Below are positions 10,176-19,717 of a stretch of 52,895 bases of DNA, piece by piece. This stretch comes from Escherichia phage LF82-10: the sequence record PV660453; one strand, written 5' to 3'. Position numbers and translations under genes: made by a program. Each line of letters opens with the position of its first letter. Position 1 is the stretch's first letter. The notes below the pieces were generated by a model. It did not search any database. It was not told the origin of the DNA and saw only the letters and a list, made by a program, of their open reading frames with translations.

Positions 10176-10469
10176 ATGTATCGACGAGTGCCCACAGAAG
10201 CAGAGCTTGCCGATTACGGCCTGACAATGGAAGATTACCTAAATGAAGACCCTGAGATCTTAGAGTTTGATTCAGAGCTTTATGCGTCATGGGAAATGTT
10301 TTGCGCGATGCAAACACAGTGGCGATCTTCCGGCGTTGGCGCAATTGGCCTTGATTATAACGTGTTGCCTATGTTGTTCCGAATCTATAAAATAGAAGAC
10401 GAAGAACTAGCCTTAAACGACGTGCGAATCATGGAAGCGGAAGCGCTGAAACGTATGCACAAAAAATAA
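10176..10469 (+). CDS. tail assembly chaperone T-like segment (likely made as G-T fusion by -1 frameshift)
   Basis: ORF in -1 frame relative to 9841..10158; frame is open from slippery site 10152 through 10176. Confidence 0.55.
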   Translation: MYRRVPTEAELADYGLTMEDYLNEDPEILEFDSELYASWEMFCAMQTQWRSSGVGAIGLDYNVLPMLFRIYKIEDEELALNDVRIMEAEALKRMHKK

Positions 10470-10490
10470 GCGCCTTCGGGCGCTTTTCTT
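10468..10490 (+). terminator. terminator/attenuator hairpin before tape measure gene
   Basis: AAGCGCC-TTCG-GGCGCTT then TTCTT. Confidence 0.5.
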
Positions 10491-10503
10491 ATATGGGGGT
10501 TTT

Positions 10504-13203
10504 ATGACCGAACAGTATGCAGGTTTGAGCCTTGAAGTTGACGTGTCGCAGGTTGACAAAGCTGCGGTTTCGCTTGAGAACTTCGCGAAGGCGAATGACA
10601 CGGCTGCGAAGGGTGTTGATAAGTTTATCAACCAGGAGCAGGTTGCACGCCAGAAACAAAAGGAATACGTAGAGGAGATCAAGAAGGGTAACGCCGAGTT
10701 TGCCAGGATCGAGAAGGTCATTGACCCGGCAGTGTCAAAGATCAAGCAATTGCAAACCGCTGGCGCAGATCTCGAAAAGCTATGGCAGAAAGGGCTTGTG
10801 CCTGATGAGCGCTTTTTCCAGTTGGGTGACGTTATCGACACTCAGATCGGGGCGCTGAAGAAGTCACAGCAAGCACTGACTGAGGAAGGCCGCGCAGCAC
10901 TGGAAAACGCGAAGGCGAAAGCACAGGCGCAACGTGACGGCGATCGCTTCATCAAGCAGTTGCAGGAGCAAGCCAACGCCGCAACCATGACCAAGACCGA
11001 GATCTTAGAAATGAAGGCCGCGCAGTTGGGCGTTACGGCACAGGCCGCGCCACTGATCGCAGCCATGAACAAGCAGACTAGCGCCATCAATCTTGCTGGC
11101 ATTTCGGCTGGGCAGTACAACCAGGCAATGCGAATGCTTCCGGCGCAGATCACGGACGTTGTGACTTCATTAGCATCAGGGATGCCTGTTTGGCTTGTTG
11201 CCATCCAGCAGGGCGGCCAGATCAAGGACAGCTTCGGCGGAATCGGTAACACGTTCAAAGTGTTGTTGTCTTACCTCAATCCGCTTAATGTTGGCATTGG
11301 CCTGACGGTTGGCGCGCTGGGCGCTCTCATCTTCCAGGTTGTGAAGGCTCGCGGAGAGATTACGGCAGCGCAGAAAGCCGTTGCAGAGTCATTGGGCATG
11401 ACTGGTGATTACGCCGATAAGCTGGCGTTAAACCTTCGCAACATTGCTGACGCTTCAAAGCAGACAGCAGAGGAGGCGGCTAAGGCTTTCATTTCCACGA
11501 AAGATAAAGCGGCAGAGGCACAGGCCAAACTGATTGATGTTGGTTTCAGCTACGACGAAGCGCGCCAGATGGTTGAGAAGTACAAAGGATCGTCTGATTT
11601 CACTTTCCTTAACACGGAGATTGAGCGCCATCGCCTTGAGGTGCTGGGCATTAAAGATGCGTGGAGTGATGCGGCTGAGGAAGTCAAGAACTACTACACC
11701 GGGGCGAAGGAAGGCAAGCAAAGCGTAGCGCTGGGCGGCGCGATTGACCCTATCATCAAGATCATCGAGCGTGCCAAAAATCTCCAGGTTGAGACTAACA
11801 AGGCGCGAATCGAAGGTAACAAGATCGTAAATGATACCGTCAACCTCGTTGAAAAAGAGTACCTTGCAAGCAACCGCGTTGCTGCGGCTAAGAAGGCTCT
11901 TACTGAGGCCGAGAAGTACGCGAAAACAATCGCGGCATCCGGCAACGCTGAGGCGATCAAGCAGTCGAAAGAGCTGATTGAGATTCGCAAGAAGGAGATC
12001 AAGCAAGCTGAGGAGGCTGAAGCGAAGAAGAACAAGCCTAAGAAAGTTTCACAGGGCGCAATTGTTCGATCGCCTGAAGAGCAGCTTGACAAAGAGCTTT
12101 ACACGCTCAAAGCTCAGTTGAAGGTGTTGCAGGAGCATCAAAACATCGGTGAGCGCATTTCAAGCCAGCGTAAATCATTGTGGAGCGTTGAGGCTCAGAT
12201 CTCAATCCTTCAGGAAGCGCAGAGTAAGCGCCGATTGTCGAATGAGGAAAAGGCGTTGCTGACGAGCCAGCAAAAGGTGCTGGCGATGGCTCAGGAGAAA
12301 GCGGAGTTAGGCGATCAGATTTTGGCTCAAGAGAAGTTAAACGCTCTTAATGACAAATCGCTTGCCTTTGTGATCCAAATGAACCAGTCAGCACAAGCCC
12401 TCAACGAAACACGCGCCATGGGCAACCGTGAGGCAGAGCGTGCGGCGGCGAAGGCTAAGATCACCTCTGATTACATGGCGCAGGGTGGCGGCAAGGATGA
12501 TGCAGCGTTGCAGAAGATGATCAAAGCACAGGACGACTACTACGCGGCTGAAGATGCGAAGCGTGCAGACTGGTTAGCCGGGGCGAAAAACGCCTTTGCC
12601 AACTACGGTGACGCGGCAACGGATATGTACTCCAACGTTGGGCAGATTGCCAGCAGCGCGCTTAACGGAATGTCAGATATGATGGCGGAGTTTCTCATGA
12701 CGGGCAAAGCCAACTTTGAGGACTTCGCGAAGAGCATCATCAGCCAGATCATTAAGATGATCACACAGATGGTAATCTTTAACAGCATTTCCGGCATGAT
12801 GGGCGGCGGCGGTTGGTCATTCGCTGGTGCTGGTTTCTCTGGTGGTGGCTACACTGGCGACGGCGGGAAGTATCAGCCAGCCGGAACGGTTCACCGTGGC
12901 GAGTTTGTCATGACCAAGGAAGCAACAAAGAGGATTGGCGTTGACAACCTGTATCGACTGATGCGAGGCTATGCTAACGGCGGTTATGTTGGCGGCTCAT
13001 CTTCCGGCACTGGTGCTGGCGGTAGCTTCGGCGGCGGATTCTCTCTGACGATTGGCAGCATCCCGGTTGACGTGAACAACGGAGGCGATCCGAAAGGCAT
13101 GGAGCAGGGAATTAAGGCAATCTTCCAGCAGATGATTCAGGAGTCATGCGCGCAGGGAGGAGAGGTTTACAACTTCATTCAACAGAAAACAGGAGCGGGT
13201 TAA
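10504..13203 (+). CDS. tail tape measure protein
   Basis: 899 aa, Ala/Gln/Lys-rich coiled-coil-like N-terminal two-thirds, Gly-rich C-terminal part; position. Confidence 0.85.
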   Translation: MTEQYAGLSLEVDVSQVDKAAVSLENFAKANDTAAKGVDKFINQEQVARQKQKEYVEEIKKGNAEFARIEKVIDPAVSKIKQLQTAGADLEKLWQKGLVPDERFFQLGDVIDTQIGALKKSQQALTEEGRAALENAKAKAQAQRDGDRFIKQLQEQANAATMTKTEILEMKAAQLGVTAQAAPLIAAMNKQTSAINLAGISAGQYNQAMRMLPAQITDVVTSLASGMPVWLVAIQQGGQIKDSFGGIGNTFKVLLSYLNPLNVGIGLTVGALGALIFQVVKARGEITAAQKAVAESLGMTGDYADKLALNLRNIADASKQTAEEAAKAFISTKDKAAEAQAKLIDVGFSYDEARQMVEKYKGSSDFTFLNTEIERHRLEVLGIKDAWSDAAEEVKNYYTGAKEGKQSVALGGAIDPIIKIIERAKNLQVETNKARIEGNKIVNDTVNLVEKEYLASNRVAAAKKALTEAEKYAKTIAASGNAEAIKQSKELIEIRKKEIKQAEEAEAKKNKPKKVSQGAIVRSPEEQLDKELYTLKAQLKVLQEHQNIGERISSQRKSLWSVEAQISILQEAQSKRRLSNEEKALLTSQQKVLAMAQEKAELGDQILAQEKLNALNDKSLAFVIQMNQSAQALNETRAMGNREAERAAAKAKITSDYMAQGGGKDDAALQKMIKAQDDYYAAEDAKRADWLAGAKNAFANYGDAATDMYSNVGQIASSALNGMSDMMAEFLMTGKANFEDFAKSIISQIIKMITQMVIFNSISGMMGGGGWSFAGAGFSGGGYTGDGGKYQPAGTVHRGEFVMTKEATKRIGVDNLYRLMRGYANGGYVGGSSSGTGAGGSFGGGFSLTIGSIPVDVNNGGDPKGMEQGIKAIFQQMIQESCAQGGEVYNFIQQKTGAG

Positions 13204-13550
13204 TGGCACTTGATATTTTTAAATGGTGCGTGCAGTTGCAGAATGGCGGTGGCGTGATGAGCGTCACCAACAATGACAGGCAAGTGCAGTTTGGCAACGG
13301 TTTCCGGCAGGTAGGATCTGCTGGGTTCAACACGGAGCGGCGAGAGTATGCGATCGTCTATTTCGGTGAGGACTGGCGCGAGGTTCGGCAATTCCTGCGA
13401 GATCACCGATTGAAACCTTTCGCATTCACGCCACCAGAGGACACGATCGGAATATTCTTGCTGAAGCCTGACACTCTGGCAACCGCACCAAAGGGTAAAG
13501 GTTTGCTTGAGGTAACTTGCACACTTGTAGAACAATTCACAGCAGCGTAA
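13203..13550 (+). CDS. minor tail protein (lambda gpM-like)
   Basis: ATG 13203 overlaps tape measure stop (TAATG); 115 aa; synteny with L/K/I/J. Confidence 0.6.
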   Translation: MALDIFKWCVQLQNGGGVMSVTNNDRQVQFGNGFRQVGSAGFNTERREYAIVYFGEDWREVRQFLRDHRLKPFAFTPPEDTIGIFLLKPDTLATAPKGKGLLEVTCTLVEQFTAA

Positions 13551-13555
13551 AATAA

Positions 13556-13580
13556 AGCCTCCTAACGGGGGCTTTTTTAT
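13556..13580 (+). terminator. intrinsic terminator
   Basis: AGCCTCC-TAAC-GGGGGCT then TTTTTTATT. Confidence 0.55.
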
Positions 13581-13590
13581 TGGGGGTAAT

Positions 13591-14337
13591 ATGTCACCAG
13601 CATTTGAGAACGCACTAGCCAGTTTATACCCTGGCGAAATCATCACATTGATAGAGGTTGACGGCACCAAGTTTGGCGCGCAGGTCTACCGCTTCCACGG
13701 CGAAAACATCGCCTTTACTCCTGAAGAGATTCTTGCGGCTACTCAGCCGGGCGGAAGTCTTCAGCCGAAAACAATCACGTTCCAGGGTAACGAATACGGC
13801 GCGCGCCCGTTCGGGATTTCTGGCGTTAACTTCAACGGCAACGGCAAGGCAGGAAAGGTCACGCTCACGCTGTCAAACATTGATAGCCAGGTATCGGCGC
13901 TTATCCGCTCGTATAACGGGATGATGCAAGCGAAGGTCACTATCTGGATAACTCAGAAAGATTTGCTTGCCGACGATGGCACCGTTTCGCCAGGTGACTT
14001 CAGAAAGCTTGTGTACTTCATCGAGCGACCAAATTTTGTGGATCAGAACGTGGCGCGGTTCGAGCTTACCAGCCCATACGATATGGATGGCATCATGATC
14101 CCGGCGCGAATCACTCAGAGCGTTTGCTATTGGGCGCAGCGCGGTTGGTATCGCTCAGGTAAGGGTTGCAGCTACAACGGCAACCGATATTTCGATAAAG
14201 ACAACAATCCGACAGACGACCCAAGCCAGGACGTTTGCGCAGGAACAGCAACGGCGTGCAAGCTTCGCTTCGGCTCAGATCAGGAACTTGATTTCGGCGG
14301 TTGCGCAGTGGCTTCACTTGACAGAAGGAATCAATGA
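13591..14337 (+). CDS. minor tail protein (lambda gpL-like)
   Basis: 248 aa; C-terminal four-Cys cluster (C..C..C..C) as in gpL-type proteins; synteny. Confidence 0.7.
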   Translation: MSPAFENALASLYPGEIITLIEVDGTKFGAQVYRFHGENIAFTPEEILAATQPGGSLQPKTITFQGNEYGARPFGISGVNFNGNGKAGKVTLTLSNIDSQVSALIRSYNGMMQAKVTIWITQKDLLADDGTVSPGDFRKLVYFIERPNFVDQNVARFELTSPYDMDGIMIPARITQSVCYWAQRGWYRSGKGCSYNGNRYFDKDNNPTDDPSQDVCAGTATACKLRFGSDQELDFGGCAVASLDRRNQ

Positions 14338-15062
14338 TGTTACAGCCAAAAATTAAGATGGCAATCTTCGAACATGCGAAAGAGGTTTACCCGCACGAGT
14401 GTTGCGGCGTGGTGACTCAAAAGGGGCGAGTGCAGAAATATTGGCGAGTGGATAACGTACACTCTGATCCTGAAAATCATTTCCAGATGCATCCTGTGCA
14501 ATACGCCGAAATCGAAGACGACGCGGAGCTAACCACGATCGCCATCGTTCACAGTCACACAGGAGACGGTGCAACAACGCTACCGAGCGCGCACGACAAG
14601 TGCATAATGAATGAAATGCAAGTGCCATGGGTTATCGTTAGCTTGCCGGAGGGTGATTTGAGGGTTGTTAATCCAGAGTCAATCCCTCTGATTGGTAGAC
14701 CCTGGGCGCTTGGATCGTATGATTGCTGGGGGCTGGTGATGGCGTGGCACCGTGAGCAGGGCGTGATCTTGAATGACTTCAGAAAGCCCTACGAGTGGTG
14801 GAAGCCGGAGCATGGAGAAAACCTCTATCAAGAAAACTATCTTGCGGAGGGGTTCGTTGAAACAGGTAAAGATCCAGAGCCAGGGGATATGGTAATATTC
14901 CAGCTACAGGCTAACGTATGGAACCATGCGGGAATCTACGTGGGCAACAACCAAATCCTTCATCACGCATTCGGAAAGCTGTCAAGGCACGATATTTATT
15001 CTGGATGGTATCAGGATCACGCGGTAATGATTTGCAGACATAAGGACTTAAAACCATGCTGA
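14334..15062 (+). CDS. tail assembly protein (lambda gpK-like; JAB/MPN + NlpC/P60)
   Basis: 242 aa; JAMM-like HSHTGDGATTLPSAHD motif and C-terminal Cys/His region (YDCWGLV...NHAGIYVG...LHH) typical of NlpC/P60. Confidence 0.8.
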   Translation: MMLQPKIKMAIFEHAKEVYPHECCGVVTQKGRVQKYWRVDNVHSDPENHFQMHPVQYAEIEDDAELTTIAIVHSHTGDGATTLPSAHDKCIMNEMQVPWVIVSLPEGDLRVVNPESIPLIGRPWALGSYDCWGLVMAWHREQGVILNDFRKPYEWWKPEHGENLYQENYLAEGFVETGKDPEPGDMVIFQLQANVWNHAGIYVGNNQILHHAFGKLSRHDIYSGWYQDHAVMICRHKDLKPC

Positions 15063-15649
15063 AGACGATTAAACTTTCAGGCTCGTTGGGCAAACGCTTT
15101 GGCGTATTCCACAAATTTTGCGTAGACAGCTACCCGGAGGCAATTCGGGCGCTTTCATCCCAGGTTGAAGGATTTAAGGAATACATGCAAAGCGAGGTTG
15201 GATCGCGAATGAGCTACGCAATTTTTGTGGACGGCAAGAACATTGGCGCTACGGATGAGCACGCCTTCGCCATCGCGAAAGAGATTCGCATCATCCCGGT
15301 TCCGACTGGCTCAAAATCTGGCGGACTGTTTCAGATTGTGGTTGGCGCTGTGATCATGGTTGCGGCATTCTATACTGGCGGAGCGTCGCTGGCGCTAATG
15401 GGAACGTTCGCAACGTCAGCTTTCATGATGGGCGGTGCAATGGTGCTGGGCGGCGTGATGCAGATGATCTCACCGCAGCAGGGCGGAATGAAGATGGAAA
15501 TGCAGAGCAGCAAGAACAAGCCATCATACGCATTCGGCGGAGCAGTAAATACCACGGCGGCTGGCTATCCTTTGCCGCTACCATACGGACGACGAACGAA
15601 CGGCGGCGCGGTGTATTCAGCCGCGAGTGTTGCCGAAGATATGAGCTAA
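15056..15649 (+). CDS. tail assembly protein (lambda gpI-like)
   Basis: 197 aa with Gly/Ala/Met-rich hydrophobic C-terminal half; between K-like and J-like genes. Confidence 0.65.
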   Translation: MLKTIKLSGSLGKRFGVFHKFCVDSYPEAIRALSSQVEGFKEYMQSEVGSRMSYAIFVDGKNIGATDEHAFAIAKEIRIIPVPTGSKSGGLFQIVVGAVIMVAAFYTGGASLALMGTFATSAFMMGGAMVLGGVMQMISPQQGGMKMEMQSSKNKPSYAFGGAVNTTAAGYPLPLPYGRRTNGGAVYSAASVAEDMS

Positions 15650-15652
15650 CAG

Positions 15653-15678
15653 AAGCCCGCCTTGCGCGGGTTTTTTTT
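15653..15678 (+). terminator. intrinsic terminator before J-like gene
   Basis: AAGCCCGC-CTTG-CGCGGGTT then TTTTTTTT; followed by -10 TGTATAAT (15683-15690). Confidence 0.6.
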
Positions 15679-15726
15679 CGCCTGTATAATGGGTTCTTCT
15701 ATAAACCGCACGAAAAGGTAAACACA

Positions 15727-18700
15727 ATGAATAAAAAAGTGTTAGTGCATGGCTCAAAGGGTGGTTCACCAAAGCCGCACACGCCACAGGAAATGGAAGA
15801 CAACTTAATTTCAATCAACAAAATTAAGGTGCTTCTGGCTATTTCTGACGGTGAGATTGATCCTGATTTCAGCCTTAAAGATCTGTATCTCAATGACGTT
15901 CCTGTGCAGTCGAAAGAAGGAACGATGAACTACGATGGCGTGATTGCCGAGTTTAGACCGGGAACGCAAACGCAATCTTACATTCAGGGTTTTACTGACA
16001 CGGCAAGCGAGGTGACTGTAAACCGAGCGCTGAAGCAAGATAACCCTTTCATCTTCCCGGTAACGAACAAAAGCATTTCAGCGGTACGCGTTAAGATCTT
16101 CATGCCTCGCGGCGTAAAGACAGAATCAAATGGAGATATGGTTGGCGTTAGGGTTGAATACGCGATTGATTTCGCGGTTGATGGTGGATCATACCAGGAG
16201 GTTCTTAAGGACGTAATCGACGGTAAGACGATGAGCGGCTACGACAGAACCAAACGGATTAACCTTCCTGAATTCAACGATCAGGTATTGGTGCGCGTGC
16301 GTCGTGTAACGATGGATTCAACAGACGCAAGATTGATTGATGAGATCAGCGTGCAATCATATGCTCAAGTTGTCGATGCTAAATTCCGTTACCCCCTGAC
16401 CGGGCTGTTATACGTTGAGCTGAACAGCGCAATGTTCCCACAAATGCCAAATATCAGCGTCAAGAAAAAATGGAAGCTGGTGAAGGTTCCGAGCAACTAC
16501 GATCCAGTAGCGCGCGAGTATCACGGCACATGGGATGGCAGTTTTAAACAGGCATGGAGCAATAACCCTGCATGGGTGCTTTACGACTTGATCACCAATC
16601 AGAGATACGGACTCGACCAGCGCGAATTAGGGATTGATGTTGATAAGTGGAGCTTGTACGAAGCCGGGCAGTATTGCGATCAGCTCGTGCCGGACGGCAA
16701 AGGCGGAACAGAACCGCGCTACCTGTGCGACGTTGTGATTCAGTCTCAGATTGAAGCGTACACGCTAGTGCGTGATATTTGCTCTATCTTCCGTGGGATG
16801 AGCTTTTGGAACGGTGAAAGCCTATCTATCGTGATTGACAGGCCGCGTGATGCGTCTTACATCTTCACGAATGATAACGTGGTGGGCGGTTCATTCTCCT
16901 ACACGTTCGCCAGTGAAAAGAGCATGTACACAACATGCAACGTGACGTTTGACGATGAGCTGAACATGTACCAGCAGGACGTTGAAGCTGTGTTTGATCT
17001 GGATGCGTCTATTCGATTCGGGCACAACCCGACAAGCATAACGGCGATCGGATGCACGCGACGGAGTGAGGCAAACCGCCGAGGGCGCTGGATTCTGAAA
17101 ACGAACTTGCGCAGCACGACAGTTAGCTTTGCTACCGGGCTTGAAGGTATGATCCCAATGGTGGGCGATGTGATTGCGGTTGCGGATAACTTCTGGCAAA
17201 GCAATCTGACGCTTTCCCTTTCCGGGCGATTGATGGAGGTTTCAGGCATTCAGTGCTTCACTCACTTCCGAGTTGATGCGCGGCCAGGTGATTTCATTAT
17301 CGTTAACAAGCCTGATGGTAAGCCAGTGCGCCGCACGATTGCTAACGTATCAGCAGACGGAAAGACCATTGAACTAAATATCGGCTTCGGCTTTGCGGTT
17401 CAGCCAAACGCGGTATTCGCGATTGACCGTCAAGATCTGGCGCTTCAGCAGTATGTTGTTACCGGAATCAGCAAGGGTGATGGAGACGAGGAGTTTACTT
17501 ACTCGATCACGGCGGTTGAGTACGACCCGAACAAGTATGACGAGATTGATTACGGCGTTAACATCGACGACAGGCCGACGAGCATCATCGACCCTGACAA
17601 CATGCAGCCGCCAGAAAATATCAGCGTTTCGTCATATTCCAGGATCGTGCAGGGCATGAGCGTTGAGACGATGGTTATCGGGTGGGATAAGGCGCAGTAC
17701 GCGAGCACATACGATGTTCAATGGCGCAAGGATAATGGTAACTGGATTAACACTCCACGCACCGCAAACACAGAGGTTGAGGTTGAAGGCATCTATGCTG
17801 GCGTTTACCACGTCCGAGTAAGATCGACTTCAGCGGCTGGTAACTCTTCGCCATGGTCAAGCGTAGTGACGGTGAGCTTAACTGGCAAGGTTGGAAAGCC
17901 AGGAGCGCCGACGAGCATCACGGCGAGCACGGATGAGGTGTTTGGTATTCGCGTTAAGTGGGGTATGCCAGCAGGATCAGAGGACACGGCCTACATCGAG
18001 CTTCACCAGTCGAAAGACGGAACGCCGGACAATGCAAGCCTGTTAACGATGATTCCTTATCCTCAGTTTGAATACTGGCACGCGGTGCTCCCGGCTGGTT
18101 ATGTGAACTGGTATCGGGCGCGAGCAGTTGACCGAATCGGCAACGTCTCTGATTGGTCTGACTTCGCACGCGGCATGGCTTCGGATGATGTGGATCAGAT
18201 TTTGGACGTTATCAAGATTGACATTGAGGACAGCGAGATTTTCAAAGAGCTTGCCGAAAATGCAGTTGATACCGCCAACAAGATCAAAGACCAGGCGCAG
18301 ACGGATATTCAGAACGCATTAGCGAATGACTACAACCTGCAATGGACTCGCAAGCAGAACGGCGCACGTAAGGCCGAATACGGTCAAGCGGTGATTCTCA
18401 TTGCCAATGAGACAGAAGCTCGTGTAGCGGCGATTGAGGAGCTTAGAGCGTCAATCAATGACGATATCATTGCTCAAATCAAAACGATTCGAGAAGCGGT
18501 AGCAAATGAGGAGGAGGCACGAGTTAAGGCGGTTCAGGAGCTTGACGCTAAGTTTGCCGGGCAGATTGGAGACTTGCAGACAGCAACAGAGGCGAGCGTA
18601 TCGCGTCTGGATGAGGCGATCGCAAATGAGTCAGAGGCAAGAACTCAGGCAATTTCACAACTCGATGCGAAGTTCCAGGGCGTCATTGATGGAGTTAAGG

Positions 18701-19278
18701 CCGACACTGAAGCCAGCATTACGCGAGTTGATAAAGCCATTGCTAGCGAGACTCAAGCCAGGGTTGAGGCAGATACAGCGCTTGGTGTTCGGGTTGGTAA
18801 CACTGAATCCGCCATCACGCAAAAGCTTGATTCATGGATTCAGAACGGGCAGCCGGGAGCGTCGTATAACGTCAAGTTGGGTATCAAGTACAACGGGCAG
18901 GAGTATAGCGCAGGGATGGGGATGCAGTTGGTTAGCGATCAGTATGGCGTTAGATCGCAAATCCTGTTTGACGCTGACCGATTCGCAGTTGGCAAGATTG
19001 AGAATGGCTCTATTCGTCAGTTGCCGTTTGTGATTGAGGGTAATCAGGTATTCATTCGTGATGCGCTGATTAAAAACGGCTCCATCACTAACGCAATGAT
19101 CGGAAACGTCATTCAGTCAAACAACTATGTTGCTGGTTGGGCTGGTTGGAGAATGGACAAGAACGGAAACCTTGAGATTAACGGCAGCGCCGGAAACGGA
19201 AGGCTGACCATTAACAACAACATCATTGCCGTATATGATGGTAACGGTGTGTTAAGAGTTCGAATGGGATTGTTCTAA
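15727..19278 (+). CDS. tail tip host specificity protein (lambda gpJ-like)
   Basis: 1183 aa; largest tail gene after K/I; C-terminal ~22-aa tandem repeats (EARxxAxxxLDAKFxG); own extended -10 promoter after terminator. Confidence 0.85.
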   Translation: MNKKVLVHGSKGGSPKPHTPQEMEDNLISINKIKVLLAISDGEIDPDFSLKDLYLNDVPVQSKEGTMNYDGVIAEFRPGTQTQSYIQGFTDTASEVTVNRALKQDNPFIFPVTNKSISAVRVKIFMPRGVKTESNGDMVGVRVEYAIDFAVDGGSYQEVLKDVIDGKTMSGYDRTKRINLPEFNDQVLVRVRRVTMDSTDARLIDEISVQSYAQVVDAKFRYPLTGLLYVELNSAMFPQMPNISVKKKWKLVKVPSNYDPVAREYHGTWDGSFKQAWSNNPAWVLYDLITNQRYGLDQRELGIDVDKWSLYEAGQYCDQLVPDGKGGTEPRYLCDVVIQSQIEAYTLVRDICSIFRGMSFWNGESLSIVIDRPRDASYIFTNDNVVGGSFSYTFASEKSMYTTCNVTFDDELNMYQQDVEAVFDLDASIRFGHNPTSITAIGCTRRSEANRRGRWILKTNLRSTTVSFATGLEGMIPMVGDVIAVADNFWQSNLTLSLSGRLMEVSGIQCFTHFRVDARPGDFIIVNKPDGKPVRRTIANVSADGKTIELNIGFGFAVQPNAVFAIDRQDLALQQYVVTGISKGDGDEEFTYSITAVEYDPNKYDEIDYGVNIDDRPTSIIDPDNMQPPENISVSSYSRIVQGMSVETMVIGWDKAQYASTYDVQWRKDNGNWINTPRTANTEVEVEGIYAGVYHVRVRSTSAAGNSSPWSSVVTVSLTGKVGKPGAPTSITASTDEVFGIRVKWGMPAGSEDTAYIELHQSKDGTPDNASLLTMIPYPQFEYWHAVLPAGYVNWYRARAVDRIGNVSDWSDFARGMASDDVDQILDVIKIDIEDSEIFKELAENAVDTANKIKDQAQTDIQNALANDYNLQWTRKQNGARKAEYGQAVILIANETEARVAAIEELRASINDDIIAQIKTIREAVANEEEARVKAVQELDAKFAGQIGDLQTATEASVSRLDEAIANESEARTQAISQLDAKFQGVIDGVKADTEASITRVDKAIASETQARVEADTALGVRVGNTESAITQKLDSWIQNGQPGASYNVKLGIKYNGQEYSAGMGMQLVSDQYGVRSQILFDADRFAVGKIENGSIRQLPFVIEGNQVFIRDALIKNGSITNAMIGNVIQSNNYVAGWAGWRMDKNGNLEINGSAGNGRLTINNNIIAVYDGNGVLRVRMGLF

Positions 19279-19282
19279 TAGA

Positions 19283-19312
19283 AAAGGGAGCCTTGCGGCT
19301 CCCTCTTTTTTT
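19283..19312. terminator. bidirectional terminator between J-like gene and Cor-like gene
   Basis: GGGAGCC-TTGC-GGCTCCC flanked by A-run upstream and T-run downstream. Confidence 0.6.
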
Positions 19313-19643
19313 ACATCACTTTATTGTAGATAACCGGGCTTCGGCTGGTTTGCTGGGTAATCATGTCAAGCTTGTATTCAGCGCCGCGATTCCACTCGAA
19401 GCGTAGCGTATAAGTGTTTACGTCGCCGTAGCACATTACGTGTTTGAACTTGCGCAGGTGCTTATCAAATATCACGTTTGTGCTTTCTTCAATATTCACC
19501 GTCCGATCCTGGCAGTTTACAACCGCCACGGTTGAGCCAGTAAGAGACATTCTGGAAGCGTCAACCGGATATCCGATATTAACGTTCAAAGCCATAGCGT
19601 TTAAAGGAGCTAAGAGAGCCATAGCGAGCATGATTTTTTCCAT
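19311..19643 (-). CDS. secreted protein, possible Cor-like superinfection exclusion factor
   Basis: ATG at 19643 (SD GAGGAA); signal-peptide-like N-terminus MEKIMLAMALLAPLNAMA; sits right after the J-like gene on the opposite strand; function speculative. Confidence 0.3.
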   Translation of the reverse strand: MEKIMLAMALLAPLNAMALNVNIGYPVDASRMSLTGSTVAVVNCQDRTVNIEESTNVIFDKHLRKFKHVMCYGDVNTYTLRFEWNRGAEYKLDMITQQTSRSPVIYNKVM

Positions 19644-19702
19644 TGGTGTTTCCTCGATTCGTTTATTTAAATTGATTATATCCACCAATCAGGGCGCGTG
19701 CT

Positions 19703-19717
19703 TAGCAATTCGTGCTA
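19703..19717 (-). promoter_or_regulatory. TAGCA-box (TAGCACGAATTGCTA) upstream of Cor-like gene
   Basis: -10 TATAAT at 19675-19680 (minus), 37 bp from box start; adjacent to stop of 19718..20368. Confidence 0.55.

Noticed and set aside
10842-12092. Antisense ORFs inside the tape measure gene (10842..11258, 11455..12006, 11694..12092) and similar antisense ORFs inside the J-like, fibre and helicase genes
   Set aside because: They lie wholly within long, well-supported genes on the opposite strand, lack SD sequences, and have low-complexity composition typical of reverse-frame artefacts.
19311-19688. Longer TTG/GTG-initiated versions of several track ORFs (e.g. 19311..19688, 8163..8681, 8554..9081, 13146..13550, 44479..45099, 45355..45762)
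   Set aside because: In-frame ATG codons with SD sequences, or ATGA/TAATG coupling to the upstream stop, lie downstream and remove overlaps with neighbouring genes; the shorter forms were adopted.
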